Source: Gekko japonicus (taxonomy: Eukaryota). From it: 64,000 nt of DNA. This document shows, in pieces, positions 49,284 through 61,306 of this stretch (its first letter is position 1; every line of letters begins with the position of its first letter). The stretch is taken from assembly GCF_001447785.1 (NCBI RefSeq), contig NW_015160859.1, positions 646,569 to 710,568 on the forward strand, in the 5' to 3' direction. The position numbers and the translations under genes were made by a program. The notes under the pieces are model-generated. The model was not told where the DNA came from, did no database searches, and saw only the letters and a program-made list of their open reading frames with translations.

Positions 49284-52200
49284 TGGATCACTCATGGATC
49301 ACTGCCTTGTCGTGGCGAGGGGGCTTGCGTGGTTCAATGAAGCTGTGGGCTATGCCGTGTAGGGCCACCCAAGACGGACAGGCCACAGCAGAGAACTCAG
49401 ACCAAGAGTGATCCCCCTGGAGAAGGAAATGGCAACCCACTCCAGGTATTTTTGCCAAGAAAACCCCATGAACAGTATCAAAAGGCTAAAAGATATGATG
49501 CCGGAAGATGAGCCCCTCAGGTCGGAAGGTGTCCAATATGCTACTGAGGAAGAGCAGAGGGCAAGTACAAGTAACCCCAGAAAGAGTGAAGCGGCTGGGC
49601 CAAAGCCGAAAGGACCCTCAGTTGTGGATGTGTCTGATGGTGAAAGGAAAGTCCGATGCTGCAAAGAACAATACTGCATAGGAACCTGGAATGTAAGATC
49701 TATGAATCAAGGTAAGCTTGACGTGGTCAAAAATGAGATGGCAAGACTGAACATCGATATCCTAGGAATCAGTGAACTAAAGTGGACAGGAATGGGCGAA
49801 TTTAACTCAGAAGACCATTATATCTACTACTGTGGCCAGGAATCTCGTAGAAAAAATGGTGTGGCCTTTATAGTCAACAAGAGAGTGCAAAAGGCAGTAC
49901 TGGGATACAATCTCAAAAATGACAGAATGATTTCTGTCCGATTCCAAGGCAAACCATTCAACATCACAGTAATCCAAGTCTATGCCCCAACCACTGATGC
50001 AGAAGAGGCTGAAGTGGACCGGTTCTATGAAGACCTACAACACCTCCTAGAACTAACACCAAAAAATGATGTCCTCATCATCATAGGGGACTGGAATGCT
50101 AAAGTAGGAAGTCAAAAGGTAACTGGAATAACAGACAAGTTTGGCCTTGGAAAGCAAAATGAAGCAGGGCAAAGGTTAACAGAGTTTTGTCAAGAGAACA
50201 CACTGGTCATAGCGAACACCCTTTTCCAACAACCTAAGAGGCGACTCTACACATGGACATCACCAGATGGGCAACACCGAAATCAGATTGACTATATAAT
50301 TTGCAGTCAAAGATGGAGAAGCTCTATCCAGTCAGTAAAAACAAGACCTGGAGCTGACTGTGGTTCAGATCATGAGCTACTCATTGCAAAATTCAGACTT
50401 AAACTGAAGAAAATTGGGAAAACCACGAGGCCATTCAGGTTTGACCTAGATCGCATCCCTGATGAATATACAGTAGAGGTGAAGAATAGATTCAAGGGTC
50501 TGGATTTGATAGATAGAGTGCCTGAAGAACTATGGACAGAGGTTCGTGACATCGTACAGGAGGCAGCAATCACCACCATCCCAAAGAAAAAGAAATGTAA
50601 GAAAGCAAAGTGGCTTTCTGATGAGGCTTTACAAATAGCAGAGGAAAGAAGGAAAGCGAAAGGCAAAGGCGAAAAGGAAAGATTTACCCAACTGAACGCA
50701 GATTTCCAGAGAACAGCAAGGAGAGATAAGGAGGCCTTCCTGAATGAACAGTGCAAAGTAATAGAAGAAAACAATAGAATGGGAAGGACTAGAGATCTCT
50801 TCAAGAAAATTGGAGAAATCAAGGGAGCGTTCCATGCAAAGCTGGCCATGATAAAGGACAAAAACGGTAGGGACCTAACAGAAGCAGAAGAGATTAGGAA
50901 AAGATGGCAAGAATACACAGAAGAACTATACAAGAAAGACCTCGATGTCCTTGACAACCACGACGGTATAATCACTGACCTCGAGCCAGACATCCTGGAA
51001 TGTGAAGTTAAATGGGCCTTAGAAAGCATTGCTAACAACAAAGCTAGTGGAGGTGATGGTATTCCAGCTGAGCTATTCAAAGTCTTAGAAGATGATGCTG
51101 TTAAAGTGCTGCACTCCATTTGCCAGCAAATTTGGAAAACGCAACAGTGGCCACAGGATTGGAAAAGATCAGTATACATTCCAATCCCAAAGAAGGGCAA
51201 TGCCAAGGAATGTTCAAACTATCGCACAATTGCACTCATATCACACGCTAGCAAGGTCATGCTCAAGATCCTACAAGCTAGGCTTCAACAGTACGTGGAT
51301 AGAGAACTACCAGAAGTACAAGCTGGGTTTCGAAGAGGTAGAGGAACTAGAGATCAAATTGCCAACATTCGCTGGATTATGGAGAAAGCAAGAGAGTACC
51401 AGAAAAATATCTACTTCTGCTTCATTGACTATGCTAAAGCCTTTGACTGTGTGGATCACAACAAACTATGGCAGGTCCTTAAAGAGATGGGAGTACCAGA
51501 CCACCTCACATGTCTCTTGAGAAACCTGTATAAGGGCCAAGAAGCGACAGTTAGAACCGGATACGGAACAACTGATTGGTTCAGCATAGGAAAAGGAGTA
51601 CGACAAGGATGTATACTGTCACCTTGCTTATTTAATATATATGCAGAGTACATCATGCGAAATGCTGGCCTGGATGAATCACAAGCGGGAATTAAGATTG
51701 CTGGGGAAAAGATCAACAACCTCAGATATGCAGACGATACCACTCTGATGGCAGAAAGTGAAGAGGACCTCAAGAGCCTCTTGCTCAGGGTAAAAGAGGA
51801 GAGCGCAAAAGTGGGCTTGAAGCTCAACATCAAAAAAACTAAGATCATGGCATCCGGCCCCATCACTCCTTGGCAAATAGAAGGGGAAGTCGTGGAAGTA
51901 GTGACAGACTTCACGTTCCTGGGATCCCAGATCACCGCAGACTGTGACTGCAGCCATGAAATTAAAAGACGCCAGCTCCTTGGGAGGAAAGCGATGGCGA
52001 ACCTAAACAGCATGATAAAAAGTAGAGACATCACCCTGCCAACAAAAGTCCGCATGGTCAAAGCAATGGTATTCCCAGTAGTCATGTATGGCTGCGAGAG
52101 TTGGACTATAAGGAAGGCCGAGCGCAGAAGAATAGATTCTTTTGAACTATGGTGCTGGAGAAGACTCTTGAGAGTCCCTTGGACTGCAAAAAGATCAAAT

Positions 52201-52526
52201 CAGTCAATCCTAAAAGAAATCAACCCTGACTGTTCCCTGGAAAAGAACAAATCAGTCAATCCTAAAAGAAATCAACCCTGACTGTTCCCTGGAAGGTCAG
52301 ATAATGAAACTGAAGCTCAAATACTTTGGCCACCAAATGAGAAGGGAGCACTTACTGGAGAAGACCCTGATGCTGGAAAAGACTGAAGGTCAAAGAAGAC
52401 GGGGACGGCAAAGGATAAGATGGTTAGACAGTGTCATAGATGCAACGAACATGAAATTGAGCAAACTTCAGAGGATGGCGGAAGACAGGAGGGCCTGGCG
52501 GGAACTGGTCCATGAACAACAACAAG
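49284..52526 (+). mobile_element. Full-length RTE-clade BovB LINE
   Basis: 5' CATGGATCACTGCCTTGTCGTGGCGA; (CAA)n tail; 8-bp TSD AAGACTTA (49276-49283, 52527-52534). Confidence 0.97.
49408..52281 (+). CDS. BovB APE endonuclease-reverse transcriptase ORF (957 aa; C-terminus frameshifted, continues in the 52304 frame)
   Basis: IGTWNVRSM, ILGISELKW, GDWNAKVG, QIDYI, GSDH (APE); NYRTIALISH, FIDYAKAFD, GVRQGCILSP, LRYADD (RT). Confidence 0.95.
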   Translation: MIPLEKEMATHSRYFCQENPMNSIKRLKDMMPEDEPLRSEGVQYATEEEQRASTSNPRKSEAAGPKPKGPSVVDVSDGERKVRCCKEQYCIGTWNVRSMNQGKLDVVKNEMARLNIDILGISELKWTGMGEFNSEDHYIYYCGQESRRKNGVAFIVNKRVQKAVLGYNLKNDRMISVRFQGKPFNITVIQVYAPTTDAEEAEVDRFYEDLQHLLELTPKNDVLIIIGDWNAKVGSQKVTGITDKFGLGKQNEAGQRLTEFCQENTLVIANTLFQQPKRRLYTWTSPDGQHRNQIDYIICSQRWRSSIQSVKTRPGADCGSDHELLIAKFRLKLKKIGKTTRPFRFDLDRIPDEYTVEVKNRFKGLDLIDRVPEELWTEVRDIVQEAAITTIPKKKKCKKAKWLSDEALQIAEERRKAKGKGEKERFTQLNADFQRTARRDKEAFLNEQCKVIEENNRMGRTRDLFKKIGEIKGAFHAKLAMIKDKNGRDLTEAEEIRKRWQEYTEELYKKDLDVLDNHDGIITDLEPDILECEVKWALESIANNKASGGDGIPAELFKVLEDDAVKVLHSICQQIWKTQQWPQDWKRSVYIPIPKKGNAKECSNYRTIALISHASKVMLKILQARLQQYVDRELPEVQAGFRRGRGTRDQIANIRWIMEKAREYQKNIYFCFIDYAKAFDCVDHNKLWQVLKEMGVPDHLTCLLRNLYKGQEATVRTGYGTTDWFSIGKGVRQGCILSPCLFNIYAEYIMRNAGLDESQAGIKIAGEKINNLRYADDTTLMAESEEDLKSLLLRVKEESAKVGLKLNIKKTKIMASGPITPWQIEGEVVEVVTDFTFLGSQITADCDCSHEIKRRQLLGRKAMANLNSMIKSRDITLPTKVRMVKAMVFPVVMYGCESWTIRKAERRRIDSFELWCWRRLLRVPWTAKRSNQSILKEINPDCSLEKNKSVNPKRNQP

Positions 52527-53292
52527 AAGACTTAAAACTTCTGTTTCCTGGCACACACACCCTTTCAACCAATGTATTACTACACACACACCCTTTCCCC
52601 CAAAGTACTCCTACATGTACTCAAGAAAACATCCACTATCTATACAGATTGAACATTTGCTGAGCTTTGTTTGAGCACCCTTCATTAAAGCCAACTGTAC
52701 TTCCTCAAAAGGGTCACATCACAGACTTTGGCTTGGATCCACTATGAAAATACTCTGGAGAATTTTTACCCACAGAGCATGTCTTTCATCTCCTCCCATC
52801 CTGTTCCCCCTTAAAGGTCTTTTAGGCTGCACTGGGAGGGAGGTGAGAGTCATGCTCTGTAGGGCAATCCTTCTATTGGTAAAAATGCTGTGGCGGAATC
52901 AAGCCTCTCAACTGATCAGATGTATAAAATCCCTCCAGTAGGAATTGGAAGAATGGAGAAAAATTGATATATTTAGGATTAAAGTGCTCGGTGTAGCATA
53001 CATGCTATAAGTTTCGTGGTGCTCTTCCTCAGGCCAGAACTTTAAAAAAAATTGATCAGGAAGATATGCCAGTCTTAAGATGTAACTGTAATAGAGGCAG
53101 TTCTTCCAGACTAATTGTGTTAGAGTTCTACCTTGTACAAAATTTAGGCTGAAACAGAGAAGTAAATGGAGGAAGAACTGGAGCTTAATCTTGCTAAAAG
53201 GGAAGTGATGCTGGTTGGGTAAACTGAGATTCTGGAGATAGTTGTGATACACACTTTCGACTTTATTGTTAACAGACACAAAGCTTGGGAGT

Positions 53293-54474
53293 TAGAACAT
53301 AAGAACATAAGAGACGCCAATGTTGGATCAGGCCAAAGACCCATCCAGTCCAACACTCTGTATCACACAGTGGCCAAAAATACCAGGTGCCATCAGGAGG
53401 TCCACCAGTGGGGCCAGGACATTAGAAGCCCTCCCACTGTTGGCCCCCCCCAAGCACCAAGAAGACAGAGCATCACTTGCCCCAAAGTCCCTATCTATAC
53501 CTTGTGGCTAATAGCCACTGATGGACCTCTGCTCCATATGCTTATCTAATTCCCTTTTGAAGCCATCCATGCTTGTAGCCACCACCACTTCCTGTGGCAG
53601 TGAATTCCATGTGTTAATCACTCTTTGGGTGAAGAAGTACTTCCTTTTATCCATTCTAACCCGACCACTCAGCAATTTCATGGAGTGCCCACGAGTTCTT
53701 GTATTGTGAGAAAGGGAGAAAAGTACCTCTTTCTCAACCTGCTCTATCCCATACATTATCTTATAACCCTCAATCATGTCTCCCCTCAGTCTTCGTTTCT
53801 CCAAGCTAAAGAGCCCTAAGCGCTTTAACCTTTCCTCATAGGGAAAGTGTTCCAACCCTTTTATCATTCGAGTTGCCCTTTTCTGCACTTTTTCCAAAGC
53901 TATAATATCCTTTTTAAGGTGTGGTGCCCAGAACTGCACACAGTATTCCAAATGAGGTCTCACCATTGATTTATATAGGGGCATTATGATATTGGCTGAT
54001 CTGTTTACAATACCCTTCCTAATAATCCCCAGCATAGCATTGGCCTTCTTTATTGCAGTCACACACTGTCTCGACATTTTCAGTGAGTTATCTACTACAA
54101 CTCCAAGATCTCTCTCTTGATCTGTCTCTGCCAGTTCAGACCCCATCAATGTGTATTTATATTTAGGATTTTTGGCTCCAATGTGCATCACCTTGCACTT
54201 GGCCACATTGAACCCCATTTGCCATGTTGACGCCCACTTGCCCATCTTTGACAGATCCCTTTGGAGTGCCTCACAATCCTCACTGGTTTTCACCACCCTG
54301 AACAACTTCGTATCATCCGCAAATTTAGCCACTTCACTGCTTACTCCCAACTCCAAATCATTAACGAACAAGTTAAAAAGCAGTGGACCAAGTACTGATC
54401 CCTGCGGTACCCCACTGCTTACCACCCTCCACTGAGAAAATTGCCCATTTATACTCACTCTCTGTTTTCTATTA
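53293..54474 (-). mobile_element. CR1 LINE, 5'-truncated, with uninterrupted 316-aa ORF2 C-terminus (53508..54458)
   Basis: [31 protein letters not shown]; (TTCTTATG)n tail. Confidence 0.95.
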
Positions 54475-54619
54475 AATCCAGCCCTTCTGCTGAAAAAGCA
54501 GGCGAACCAGCTGGCAAAAAGTACTCCTTACCAATTTTATAGGGCATGGAAAGTCTCCTTTTTCAAATTCAGTGTATCACAGCTTTACTACCACAGCCAC
54601 ACTGATCTATGCTACAGTA

Positions 54620-55050
54620 ATACTGAGACTGGACTATGTATTCTATGTGGGGTTGTTTCTGTGCAGAATATAGCAGGTACACTGTTAATGGGGAATAAAC
54701 ATTTTAAACATGTTACCCCAGGTTTAAGATCATTACACTGAATGCCTGTTTACTTCCATGTTCAATGTAAGGAGCTGGTGTTAACTAAGACCCTTCCTGA
54801 CCTGCTACCCTCATATTTCTGAGCCCATCACCACCCATATGTGCCTACAAGCCAACTCCAAGCATTAGTACATCTCCCCCCCTTAGGACAACTAAGAAAT
54901 GTTTCTCTGGCTGTACCTATGCTATGGAATGGGCTTCCACAGGATGGTTTTGGAGGCTCCATAAAGCCAAGCCTTTTGGCCATGCCTTCAGAAGTTCATG
55001 AGTGAAGGCTCTTGCCTGCTTCTATTTGTATTTTTGCTGATGTTGTTTAT
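54620..55050 (+). mobile_element. Very old L2 3' fragment
   Basis: Degenerate RLDY..LYVGL, L..LHWxPV and FSxAVPMLWNGLP remnants. Confidence 0.5.
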
Positions 55051-58000
55051 AAATTTATGTAAGTCAAATCTATGTCTAGCACTTACTGAATTCTCCTGTT
55101 GTAAGACAAAGACATGGTAATTCTTATATTAGTGAAGCTGAAGATAAATTTTAGAAGTGTGCTCTGGAGCATCTTCATATACTAAAATTGGTGGCTATGT
55201 ACTAATAAGGCCCTGATCACTAAGAATCATGTGCAACCTTGGCATTTCCCTTTTCAATTTTCATACTGTTAATTTTGAGCTCTCAACTGAAACAGACAAG
55301 GAAGATATACACTTGCTATCAGCCAAGCCCACAGCTGCCCTGGCTAAGTAAAAATCACCATAACCTTGATGATTTTTTTGTGTCCAGTTACCATCAGAGC
55401 ACAGTGAGCAGAGAACAATGCACAGAAGGGATAAAAACTACAGAAAGAACAAATAGTAATACTTGAACATCCACCTGCATACTCTTCTTCTGGACAGGGT
55501 CCACCGATGCCAAAGCAATGTAAACTCAGCACAATTTCTCTCTCTACAAATCTGTCTGAGTCAGCACTGGATGCAGCTCGAACTAAGAAATTATCTGTCC
55601 ACAACAATATAATTTATGAACAGTCTTTGGATGAAAAAGTTCATCTGCAAAGCAACATGTAATTATGTATCAATGAAAGGAATAAAGATAGATGGCATGA
55701 ACTTGTATTATTGCACAGAGTTCAAATTCTTGTAATCCAGGACCTTTACTGTAATCATTCTCTCTTAAACTTGGCATCTCTCAGAATGTCCAATCTACAT
55801 ATGCTTTCAGAATCCTACTGCCTTCTTGTTTTGAAAATAAAAAACAGGCAGAAATTACATTTAGCATCTTGAGGTCCTGAACCTGATTTGGAGGCTTGGC
55901 TTTGGATTCAGCCACCAAAGATAATTTTCCAGATAAGGATTCTACCATGAAGCCTCAACCCTGAAAAATATTCCTCTACTGGCAGGTGGCTTGACAATCT
56001 AGCCTTACCTCCAAATGTTCTTATGGCATTTGGCTGACCACTGGTGCAAGGTGTGTTGCCCAACTGAAGTAATAACTTGGATAGTATGTGACATTTTTTA
56101 TATTATTTGGTTGTATAAAAATGCCCAAACACCACGTTCTAACAAGAAGAATGAATATTTATTTTAAATATTTATAGACTGCTTTTCTGTAATATACGCA
56201 AAGCAGTTTCCAGATGTACAAATAATAAACATTAAAGCCAAAAACAGATTCAAGCAATCATCACAACGTGCCAATTTCCAAAGGCCCCTTTAAAATAAAA
56301 TAATAATTAGTTTTTCCTAAAGATTACCGGAGATGACACTTTCTTCACTTCTTTAAGTAGCTCATCCCAAAAGACTGAACTGCCATTGCAGAAGCTCTAG
56401 CATGAACTGAAACTATCTAACCTCCCTTGCCAATTGCAAGGAGTCCCTACTGTGATATGTAGTGTTCTCCAGGGCTCACTCATTTTTAGTAACGAAAATT
56501 GCACTTCCATTTGGACTTAAGTTCAGTCAGTAAAAGGGTAAGACTTTCTGGACTAAATTAAGATGTTATCGTGCTGGTAGGAGTCAAAAGGCAATATCGA
56601 GCAAGGAAGGAACAATTCCTTGAATAACGTCTGGAATGTCAGTATTTGTATACAATGCTTAAGATGCAGTTCTAGACCTGAAGTAGTGAAGACTTCTGTG
56701 CCCAATATGGCCTATGCGAGGACAGAGAAATGTCCTATTACCATCATATATAGTATTTTATTTCTATGTATGCCTATCATAAAGCCTTTCTAGATGGCTA
56801 CAGGCTATTTAGCCTTAGCACTATAATTGTTTCATGTACCATCAGACTCTCTGGAGCCTCACCACTACTGGGATTGTAAACAAAGAACATCTCTGCACTG
56901 GTTCTACTACTTCTGTTTTGAAACAAGCCTTCAGGGAGGGGAGCACTACACACACCCTATTCTAAGTATAAATAAGAAATTATTTTTTATTTACTAAAAC
57001 AAATATTTTAAACTAACCAAGCCACAGCCATGTACAATACTTATCAGTTCTACCAAATATAAAAGCTTCTGTCACCTTTGTGCATTTAGGTAACTATTCC
57101 AGATAATCAGGTACTATTTATTCAAACCTACAAAGAGAAAATATTGGACAGTACAGAACTGGGAAAAGACAATACTCCTGAGTGCTATTATGATGAGTTT
57201 GGGACAGGGGGATGAAAGGCAATCACAAACTTACTCTAATAGCTTGAGAGTCAAAAGAGAACTATAATGCAATACCCTGCAGACCACAGATCTTAATATA
57301 AGAATGAATATAAACCTCTGCTAGCAGTGTCTGTCCTATTAAAACTAGAACCTGTAGTAACCATAAAACAGGACTGTGACCCTCCAGTTACAGAGCTGGA
57401 AGAGTTCTGGCAGCTGGCAGTTTTGGCTTTCAGTCAAGAAACAGCATGCATATACACAATTGTGGAAACTGTTATCAAAGGGAAAGAGCTGAATGGGTTG
57501 AGTACTGAATGGTAAATCACACTCCTGTTGCTAAGACTGCAGTTTTAATTTTACTTTGTCTGCTAGCATTAGGTATGAATGTAGTAGGATGCGAAGCCAG
57601 GGAAGAGAATGAAGACTCCAAAGATTAGGGTATTCCTAGTTAGCAACTCAAATTGCTGTGGTTTATAAATGAGACTTGAGATTTTGTATAATGTACTAGA
57701 TACTCTTTACTTTGAAAAATGTGATATGTTTAAATGTTCTCTGAAATTGTTATCAATTATGATATTTTATTTTGCATGTTTAGCTGCTTTATTCTGGGGG
57801 GGAAGACAATACTTATTTTAAATAAAATATTTTTTCAGTAATGAAAAGATACATTTTAGGAATGCATTCATTTTGCTCTAAATGTTAAGCATTTGCTAAG
57901 CTGGTCGGTTATGCTGATAGTTCAATGTCACGGGAATGTTAACAAACAGGGAAGTTGATTTTCAGGGACCAATGCAGAGATTTTATCAGCTAGCTGTTCT

Positions 58001-59251
58001 ACCCACCAAAAATCTTGCCAAACCTTCCCTTCTACATTTTTTTGCCTTCCAAAGTAACTGTACCATGTCCAATTTTCTCTATATTTCATCACATATATTC
58101 ACCTCCAATAAACATTTCTACTCATCTACATTTTATTTCTAAACTGATAGATTTCCAGTAAAAAAGTAAAATAAATCTTACATAGCTTGTAAGAGTTTAG
58201 ATTTATATGGCGAGTCTAATGCAAAACAGATTTGGATCCAGCTCAGCGATTCCTTGACTTCCTTGCTTCCCCCTTCCTGCTGCTCCTAGGGAAGAGGGAG
58301 CTGCATTGGGGGAGGGGGGTAGACTTTGGACTACAGTGGAAGGAAGGAATCAAGACAGTTCCACTCTGTGGGTAGACATCCTTCCACTCCGGAAACACTG
58401 TGCTGGATCTAAGCTACAGACTTCAAATCCAGCTAATTTACAACCAATACCTAAATACTGTCAGCATAAGGTAGAGCTCTATAGTGGACTAAGAGCATTC
58501 CCTAGTGTGGTAGAAAAGACTAATTCAGAAAACAACTTCAGAATAGGGTTAGGCAAGTAACAACAAGAACGTGCAACACTATTTTTAAAAATGCATTAAT
58601 CTATTCAAATGAATTTACACACAAAGCCAGACAAACATTAAGTGTTTTTTAAAACAGATAGCAAAACATTTCCTGTTACTGCCATACATCTGAGCCCTTG
58701 GATACTAGGAAGTAAACCTACCGATGTCCAAAATGTCAAATCTACAGACAAAGTACATATACTACAATTAAGTCTCTGCTCTTTCAAACCTACTTCTAAT
58801 GTTTATCCAAGCGTCTCTTCAAGGCAACCTCCCTCAAGATTTTTAAATCCATACCCTATTCTAATCTTACACTGCTTCCATGCCCTCCAATTCACTAACA
58901 GTCATCTATTGCAGCAAGCAAGTGCACAGAACCTTCGCACATGGCAACTTGCAACTGGGGCCCTAATAGCCTATGTGGCCAGAAACTCCCATATGAACCT
59001 TTGCTGCTCTTCAGCTTCCACAATCAGCATAGGTATTGAAAGCTATAATGCTAAACCACTGCTTTGGGTAGTGGTTTTCACTCTACTTGCTACTGGAATC
59101 TCTCTTTCCCTGAAAACATATACACCCTTCTAAAAGATGTGATTCACACAATAAAGCAAAACAAGGTTTCCTGCTAGATGAGTCAGCCTGGAGGATTCTT
59201 GAGATTGTATGCTCACTATGTCTTCGCCTCTCCTTAATGTGCAGCAAGATA

Positions 59252-59460
59252 AGGGACTGTGGCTCAGTGGAATAGCATTTGCTTTGCATGAAGAACGCCC
59301 CAGGTGCAACCCAAGATATCTCCAGTGAAATTAATCAGGCAGCAGATGATCTGAAAGATCACTACCTGAGACACCCTAGAGCTGCTGCTAGTACTGAATA
59401 GACAGTACTGACTTTGATGGATCAATGATCTGACTTGGTATAAGACATGTGTGTGTTCAT
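59252..59460 (+). mobile_element. Squam2-like tRNA SINE
   Basis: GTGGCTCAGTGG box A; homologous to the reverse of 12875-13080. Confidence 0.7.
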
Positions 59461-61195
59461 AAGTTATTTCTGGATCTGTGGCAAACTAGATTCCACACTG
59501 GGAACAAATCATTCTGGAATTCAAGTCTGCAGGACAAGCACAAACCACAGTTTGCCAGTACATGTGAAACAGCAAACTTTGTTTACCGTAAACGCAGAAA
59601 TCTTTAAGGGGAGGGAGAGGGGAAGTGCATAATCCCCCAGATTCATTCACACATTGTTATCTGAACCATGACTACCAATGCAATCCAACATGGAATTTCT
59701 TCCGTCCAAGCCCACTGAACAAAGGAATTTAGTCTGGAGAAATTCTGCATAGGATTGCCATGAGTGCTTTGAGAACAAGCACCCTGTATAAACTTTAAGG
59801 GAAACATGAAATAATATATGATATGATGTTACCATACATCCCTGACCTTACTCTACTTCACAGGCTGCTGCTTGTGGAAGTGAAGAAATACTGAGCACAA
59901 TGTCATGTTATGAGTCTCTAATTGCTAGCCGCTGCCATGCACCCCTACTGTGCAACTTCTAGTGTGAGCCTGAGTTTTTTTTTTTAAAGGGGAGGACACA
60001 CTAGAGTGGCCACACAAGGGTCAAAATGAATAGCAAAAAGAATAAAGATGGTGGTCAAGGACAGGAGATAGCAATGAGTAGCAACAACAACTTCATCTGG
60101 CACTAACAATTAAATGTTCTGACAGAACATATCCATTTCACCATTTCACAGAAAATTAATTTCACTAAACATTAAGCAAATATCTTCCTCTTAGCCCCAT
60201 GAAATTTGAGAATGATACTGTACAAAAAGGACAAGAATAATTTAAAAGATGACTGTGTATTAAGAAGTGTGAATCAAGCATGTAATTAAAAATTCAAGTG
60301 CGTAAATCAAAATTAAGCTTTAAAATTAGGTTTCAAGTCAAGTCATGGCTCCACAAAAGTAGTCATAAGGACACCAATACCAGCCCCCACCCCCCGCCCT
60401 CAGTTCTGCATGAATTGCATAGAACTCAGCACAGAAGTCAGACTCTCAGTTCACAGTGGCTGTGCAGAACCCCTGCATGAGAGAAAAGTATTGCTTCTGC
60501 CTTCCATAAAGAGTCAAACAAAACCTATTCCTCCCTGCCCCCCTGCCCAATCGTCCATATGAAAAATCCTTGGCACTCCCCATGCCCTATGCAAACAGTA
60601 GAAGACCTGAGAGCAAGGCTAGCTAGGTCTTGTTTCACTTGGTACAGGACGTTTGTATATGACAAGAGTAGCAAGGAGAGAAACAAGGTACAGGCCCTCC
60701 CTAGTCCTCTGCCATGCACAGACTTTGAGATGAAAATTTAATGGTGACTACAAGGCAATAGTTAGTAAGCCAGCCCAAAGTCTGTGGACCCCCCCCACTG
60801 GCTGATATCTTTGGCATTTACGAAAAAACTTTTCTAATCGGAGCTTTAAAAAAAACAATTTTATTAAAATTTGGCAAAGTTGATCAAAGTCAGAAACAAT
60901 ACTATTCATTTGTATTTAGCTCAGATTTTAAGTCCTCATCATCTTTATAATGTATTCCTAGGTGATAGTGAAGCAGCATAATTTTTTCTTTACCTCTTGC
61001 TGCCACCTGCAAGGTCCAAATTTAAAATTCAACTGCAGATGAAATTTTGATTTGCCAATTTATCAATGGAAAGTTAAAGTTAGTTGCCCCCAAGCCTGCA
61101 AAGTGTTAAAATGAAAAAAACAAAAACATGTTTTAAAAAACAACTGTCTTCCACATGGATTCAGAGTTGTGTCAAGATTCAGAATCTGCACTTAC

Positions 61196-61306
61196 TCTTT
61201 ACCCCTTTCTTCCCCTTTCGTTCCTTCTTGTATTGTTCCTTCAGTTTACTTATTAGTCCCTGGTCTACATCCCAAACCTCAGCAGTTGGGGACAGGTCAT
61301 CTTTGT
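61196..61306 (-). CDS. STRN3: Striatin-3 exon, 111 bp (symmetric phase 1; equivalent to mammalian alternative exon 8)
   Basis: tgcatgtAG|AC AAA GAT...AAG A|GTaagt; DKDDLSPTAEVWDVDQGLISKLKEQYKKERKGKKGVK. Confidence 0.95.

Noticed and set aside
50370-52085. 278-aa and 209-aa minus-strand ORFs
   Set aside because: Antisense shadows of the BovB ORF; Ser/Leu/Phe-rich with no recognisable domain.
53508-54458. 316-aa ORF as a domesticated RT gene
   Set aside because: Just the 3' part of a young 5'-truncated CR1 with its normal tail.
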